Assembly (NCBI GenBank): GCA_016720835.1
Contig: JADKJW010000001.1
Coordinates: 390,776 to 454,775, forward strand
DNA from: Ignavibacteria bacterium
GTDB taxonomy: Bacteria; Bacteroidota; Ignavibacteria; SZUA-365
Reading direction: 5' to 3'
DNA length: 64,000 nt
A program made the translations under genes and the position numbers. Positions 60,286 to 64,000 of the stretch are shown in pieces (positions within the stretch are counted from its first letter, which is position 1; every line of letters starts with the position of its first letter). Below the pieces are notes generated by a model that was not told the origin of the DNA, made no database searches, and saw only the letters and a program-made list of their open reading frames with translations.

Positions 60286-60531
60286 CTATTTGCTGATCTG
60301 ATAGACGATCTTGCGGACGGTATCGAACTGCAGATACGGATGCATCTCGCGGATACGGTCGATGGCATCGCCTGCGCTCATGGACTGACGCATGTCTTTG
60401 AACATTCGGCGAATCTGGTAATCCCGGATTGCCTTTTCGCTGAACAGTTTGTGACGCTCGAGCTCCAGAAAAGTCTGGTCGTCAATCAAATCGCGCAGCG
60501 GGTTGTCGGATGAAATCAGGTCGTTAAGCAT
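60286..60531 (-). CDS. small hypothetical protein (possible HTH-containing), lower GC than surroundings
   Basis: 81-aa ORF MLNDLISSDNPLRDLIDDQTFLELERHKLF...SMSAGDAIDRIREMHPYLQFDTVRKIVYQISK. GC is visibly lower (about 50%) than the roughly 65-70% background. An AT-rich spacer lies upstream and a terminator downstream. Confidence 0.5.
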   Translation of the reverse strand: MLNDLISSDNPLRDLIDDQTFLELERHKLFSEKAIRDYQIRRMFKDMRQSMSAGDAIDRIREMHPYLQFDTVRKIVYQISK

Positions 60532-60838
60532 GGTGCCTCCGATGGAATGAACCGTTCAACAAACAGGACTAGAGGTGAAGCTTGAACAACACTGCCGATA
60601 GGTCCTCTCCATGTTTGGTGCGTTCTGATAATGAGACAATCGAAAAAAGAAAAGGTTACAAAATCGTGCATGCACTTCTCTGTCTCTCCTTAAACGCACC
60701 GCTCCCTCGAAATGTTTCAGGCGTCAGGAAAAATCAGCGAAAAGCAAAGAACGATAGCGTGATCTCTCGTGATAGGGTGAAGTACTGAAACGAAGATAGC
60801 AGGCAATATTCGTGAAAGCAATGAAAATCACCGGGAAC

Positions 60839-62341
60839 TCACGTGGCGATGGTTTTTTGCACTGCTTCCGGCGAGTCATATCCCAATGAGGTCACCCATT
60901 CGAACACGGTGTCTGAAATGGTGCCGCTGAAATGGTCATCACTGCCCGCAAACGAACAGAGCTCGTCGAAAAGCGCATCCCATCCGGGATAGTCGAGCCG
61001 GTCGGAGACGATGTTGTGAATCAGCGCCGTGAAGACGCCATTTCGCTCTGTGACTATCCGTTCCAGTTCCAGTATGCGCTCGCGCGCCGCGTCCACGCTG
61101 CATCCTCGATAGTGCTGCAATGTGCCATCCATGACGAGCAGAGGTACTTCCCATATCGGGAGTACACGGCTCCCGTCGTGATCGAAGGCGAGGAATGGAT
61201 GGCAGCTTCCGTTTCGAAAGCCTTCTCGCTCCGCGAAGGCGAGGCTTGCATCGACGCGGAAACCGGCGTCAATCTGCGCATTCCACGTGTCCGGCGCGCG
61301 AAAACGGAGGAAATGCTGCCGCACCGCGCTCGGCACGATTCCGGTCGCGCGCGACAAGGCTGCCCTTTCGCGCGCGATCATCGCGGGATCCAGGTAGCTC
61401 TGAAAGCTCGGATGCAGCCCGATCTCATGCCCGTCCGCCCGGAGGCTCTCGTACACCCCTCGCAGGTACGCCGAATCAACCGCGTACCCGGCGTCCCGTT
61501 TATCGCGGCCTCCGCTTTTGAAAAACCATGTCGCGCGCACTCCGAACTCGCGCTCCGCCGCGAGCAGCTTCTCGATGGACGCCTTCGGCGGACCCTGCTT
61601 CGAACAGACCGCCCGCAGGTACCCGAAGAAGCGCCTGACGCGCCTGCCGAGCGGCATCCGCGCCTGATTGAGAAGCAGGAGACGCACCATCTCGCGATAC
61701 AGGAACGCCGGTCGCATGTACGTGAGGTGGTCGATGTCGTGGGTGATGCAGACCGCGCTGGAAGCCCCGGCGAAGCGACCGGCATCACGCAGACGGAAAC
61801 CCGCGAGTCGAAGGGCGTCGCCGAGACACGCGGCGATGTCGGCGACAACCGGGGAATCGAGGAATCCGAGCGCGCCCAGCAGTGTCCCGTCCGCACGCGT
61901 CCTGTCGAATTGATCCCGGGGTCCGCCGCTCCACTCTCCGTGCAGAGAGAGGAAATAGAACGCGTCGGCAATACAGTCCGTCGAGGGAAGCCCCGGTGAT
62001 CGCGGAAGTGCCGGGTCGACCGGGAAAAGAGACAGGATCGAGCGCCCTGCCGCCGGGAGAAGCCGCGCATCAGCAGGCGCGTACGCGTTTTTCTCAAGGA
62101 GGAAGGATTGCGCGGAGCGTGATGCAGGCACGTGAACCGCGATGTCGCCGGCGGCATCCGTCGGAGATGCGCTCGCGGAATAGAGGACATGCGGGCCTCC
62201 GGGGGCTCCGGCGTAAAAGCGGGGACGAAATCCTGCGATCAGTCCGAGCATGCAGAATGTGTAGCGCGCCCGAAGCGCGAATGCGGGCGCGCAATCGAGC
62301 ACGACGGGGACGTCAGCGTCCGTCGTCTCCGTCATGTGCAT
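60839..62341 (-). CDS. polysaccharide-deacetylase-like (CE4-like) family protein, hypothetical
   Basis: ...AVCITHDIDHLTYMRP..., ...RATWFFKSGG..., ...HEIGLHPS... These resemble the divergent polysaccharide deacetylase / DUF-type hydrolase pattern. The exact family is uncertain. Confidence 0.55.
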   Translation of the reverse strand: MHMTETTDADVPVVLDCAPAFALRARYTFCMLGLIAGFRPRFYAGAPGGPHVLYSASASPTDAAGDIAVHVPASRSAQSFLLEKNAYAPADARLLPAAGRSILSLFPVDPALPRSPGLPSTDCIADAFYFLSLHGEWSGGPRDQFDRTRADGTLLGALGFLDSPVVADIAACLGDALRLAGFRLRDAGRFAGASSAVCITHDIDHLTYMRPAFLYREMVRLLLLNQARMPLGRRVRRFFGYLRAVCSKQGPPKASIEKLLAAEREFGVRATWFFKSGGRDKRDAGYAVDSAYLRGVYESLRADGHEIGLHPSFQSYLDPAMIARERAALSRATGIVPSAVRQHFLRFRAPDTWNAQIDAGFRVDASLAFAEREGFRNGSCHPFLAFDHDGSRVLPIWEVPLLVMDGTLQHYRGCSVDAARERILELERIVTERNGVFTALIHNIVSDRLDYPGWDALFDELCSFAGSDDHFSGTISDTVFEWVTSLGYDSPEAVQKTIAT

Positions 62342-62813
62342 TGTCCGGTGTGGGAGTGGACGTCGGGGATCGCGGATCGCGGCCTTCCGGCCAATCGATC
62401 ACTTCCAACCGGACGCCGGTAATGCCCGCGCGAAGCATCCCGATCTGTGATGCCGCCGCGTAGCTCAAATCGACGACACGGCTTCCACGGTTCGGCCCAC
62501 GATCGTTGACGCGGACAACGACGTCCCGCCCCGTGGCGAGCGAGGTGACGCGCAACCATGTGCCGAAGGGGTACCGGGGATGCGCGGCGGTCAACCGTCT
62601 GCGATCATACCGCTCGCCATTGGCGGTTTTCCGGCCCTGGAATTTGTTGCTGTAATAGGAGGCGAGTCCTTCGCTGGTTTCATAGACGCGTACCGACGAA
62701 TCAGTCAGCACGGGATTCCGCTCCGTCGACTTCGTCGACGCGCATCCGTGCAATGCGACAGCCAGCGGGAGTCCGAGGGCTGCGGCCACGCCGTATGCGA
62801 GAATTGCGCGCAT
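62313..62813 (-). CDS. rlpA: septal ring lytic transglycosylase RlpA-family lipoprotein (DPBB domain)
   Basis: MRAILAYGVAAALGLPLAVALHGCAS lipobox. GLASYYSNKFQGRKTANGERYDRRRLTAAHPRYPFGTWLRVTSLATGRDVVVRVNDRGP. The start overlaps the manC stop. Confidence 0.8.
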   Translation of the reverse strand: MRAILAYGVAAALGLPLAVALHGCASTKSTERNPVLTDSSVRVYETSEGLASYYSNKFQGRKTANGERYDRRRLTAAHPRYPFGTWLRVTSLATGRDVVVRVNDRGPNRGSRVVDLSYAAASQIGMLRAGITGVRLEVIDWPEGRDPRSPTSTPTPDNAHDGDDGR

Positions 62814-63898
62814 CAGAGGTACTTTTTCAAGTTTCGCTTGCGGAGTTCGTCCACGATCTCCTTCACTTCCTGGGAACGGTCTCGCGCGCAGATGAGCACG
62901 GCATCGTCGGTGTCGATGATGGTCAGGTTCTTCACGCCGATCGCCGCGAGGACGCGTTTGCCGGAGGTGCTCACGTGACAGTCCGTCACGTCGCGGAGGA
63001 ACACGTTTCCCTGCGCGGCGTTGCCGTGTTCGTCCTTGTCCGCGACCCGGAACGCTTCGTCCCAGCTTCCGAGATCGTTCCATCCGAATTCGGAAGGAAG
63101 AATGAAGCGCTTGTCCGCCTTCTCCATGATGCCGTAATCGATGGAAATGGATCGCATCTCGCGGTAGGCGATTTCGAGCGCCTTCGCGAACTCGGGCGTG
63201 TCGATGGTCGGGCGCAGGCGGTGGAACTCATCCGCAACGTCGGGAAGATACTCCGCGAATCTGTTCAGGATTGCCGAGACCTTGAACACGAACATCCCGC
63301 TGTTCCAGAGGAAGTCGCCGCTTTCGAGAAAGCTTCGCGCGGTTTGCTCGTTCGGTTTCTCCGCGAACGTCTTGACCGCATACGCCCCAAGCGAGGCAAT
63401 CTTCGGATCCACGTTCCGGTCGTCGTACTGAATGTATCCGTAGCCCGTTTCCGGGCGCGTGGGGCGGATACCGATGGTGACGAGTCCCCGCGTCTTCACC
63501 GCCGTGTGGATGGCGCGGCGCAGCGTGTCCTGAAACGCCGCCACGTCGTGGACCAGATGGTCGGCGGGAAGCACCACCATGACCACATCGCCGGCCCGGC
63601 GCTTGAGCACTTCGGCGCCGAGCGCGATCGCGGGTGCGGTGTTCCTGCCGGCCGGCTCCACGAGGATGTTCTCTCGCGGGATCTGCGGAAGCTGCCGCGC
63701 GATTTCATCCGCCTGCAGCGCGTTGGTGACAATCAGGATGTTGGACGCGGGAACGACAGGATCGAGACGGAACACCGTATTCTGAATCATGGTCCCGTGA
63801 CCCACGATCTCGAGAAGCTGTTTCGGTGAGCGTTCGCGGCTTCGAGGCCAGAAACGGGCCCCGACGCCACCCGCAATGATCAATGCATACACTTTCAT
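62813..63898 (-). CDS. manC: mannose-1-phosphate guanylyltransferase
   Basis: MKVYALIIAGGVGARFWPRSRERSPKQLLEI...ILIVTNALQADEIARQL...VVMVVLPADHLV...WNDLGSW. Confidence 0.88.
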   Translation of the reverse strand: MKVYALIIAGGVGARFWPRSRERSPKQLLEIVGHGTMIQNTVFRLDPVVPASNILIVTNALQADEIARQLPQIPRENILVEPAGRNTAPAIALGAEVLKRRAGDVVMVVLPADHLVHDVAAFQDTLRRAIHTAVKTRGLVTIGIRPTRPETGYGYIQYDDRNVDPKIASLGAYAVKTFAEKPNEQTARSFLESGDFLWNSGMFVFKVSAILNRFAEYLPDVADEFHRLRPTIDTPEFAKALEIAYREMRSISIDYGIMEKADKRFILPSEFGWNDLGSWDEAFRVADKDEHGNAAQGNVFLRDVTDCHVSTSGKRVLAAIGVKNLTIIDTDDAVLICARDRSQEVKEIVDELRKRNLKKYL

Positions 63899-64000
63899 CC
63901 GTTCTCAGTCCTGTTTCAGAAACGAAAAACCCACTCCCGGGTGACGGACAGTGGGCTGTTTCGCGGTGTTCGGATTATGACGCGCTGCCGAGTTTCAAGC

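Noticed and set aside
60582-60788. 68-aa ORF within the AT-rich spacer
   Set aside because: Low-complexity and basic, with no start context. More likely a non-coding promoter or leader region of the adjacent small gene

Overview
High-GC (roughly 65-70%) bacterial chromosomal segment. About 50 features are supportable from the sequence. The housekeeping backbone includes dtd, comEC, gltX, convergent glnS, folB-folK and a deoxynucleoside kinase. It also carries a GT9 heptosyltransferase, ppx/gppA, greA, an rrf2-tgt-yajC-ribBA string, an ECF sigma factor, ruvX, an HU/IHF-like protein, relA/spoT, truA, rlpA, manC and one tRNA-Ser(UGA). Between these sit many large secreted proteins. At least six carry a C-terminal T9SS (Por-type, FlgD-Ig-like) sorting domain: an S8 subtilase, an M1 aminopeptidase, a 1704-aa HEIGHxxGxxDEY metalloprotease-like giant, a BACON protein and two BNR/Ycf48-like beta-propellers. 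This, together with the presence of GlnRS, points to an FCB-group organism (Bacteroidota, Rhodothermota or Ignavibacteriota-like). The most unusual signal is a set of three large paralogous surface proteins (7957-11112, 51034-56148, 57353-60202). Two are LamG x2 + BACON + carboxypeptidase-regulatory-like proteins, and all three share a roughly 150-aa C-terminal module built from two GWNL(I/L)(S/G)...GYxxP...GxGYW(V/I)K repeats that I cannot assign to a known family. Other points of interest: two apparent frameshifts (comEC 3' end; a BNR T9SS cargo gene); a tandem zinc-ribbon protein divergent from the ECF sigma gene; an internally placed FlgD/T9SS-like domain with a nearby duplicated fragment; GGGAGT(A/T)GGGAGT repeats at two gene ends, one forming a hairpin shared by convergent gltX/glnS; a TTCTGAC heptamer microsatellite; a 24-nt poly-G tract; a low-GC islet with a small gene; and remnants of a DUF4143 ATPase and a VOC-family gene. 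Most long ORFs antisense to these genes are Arg/His-rich GC artefacts and were not annotated. Coordinates of internal starts are derived from the ORF table by arithmetic and may be off by a few nucleotides.
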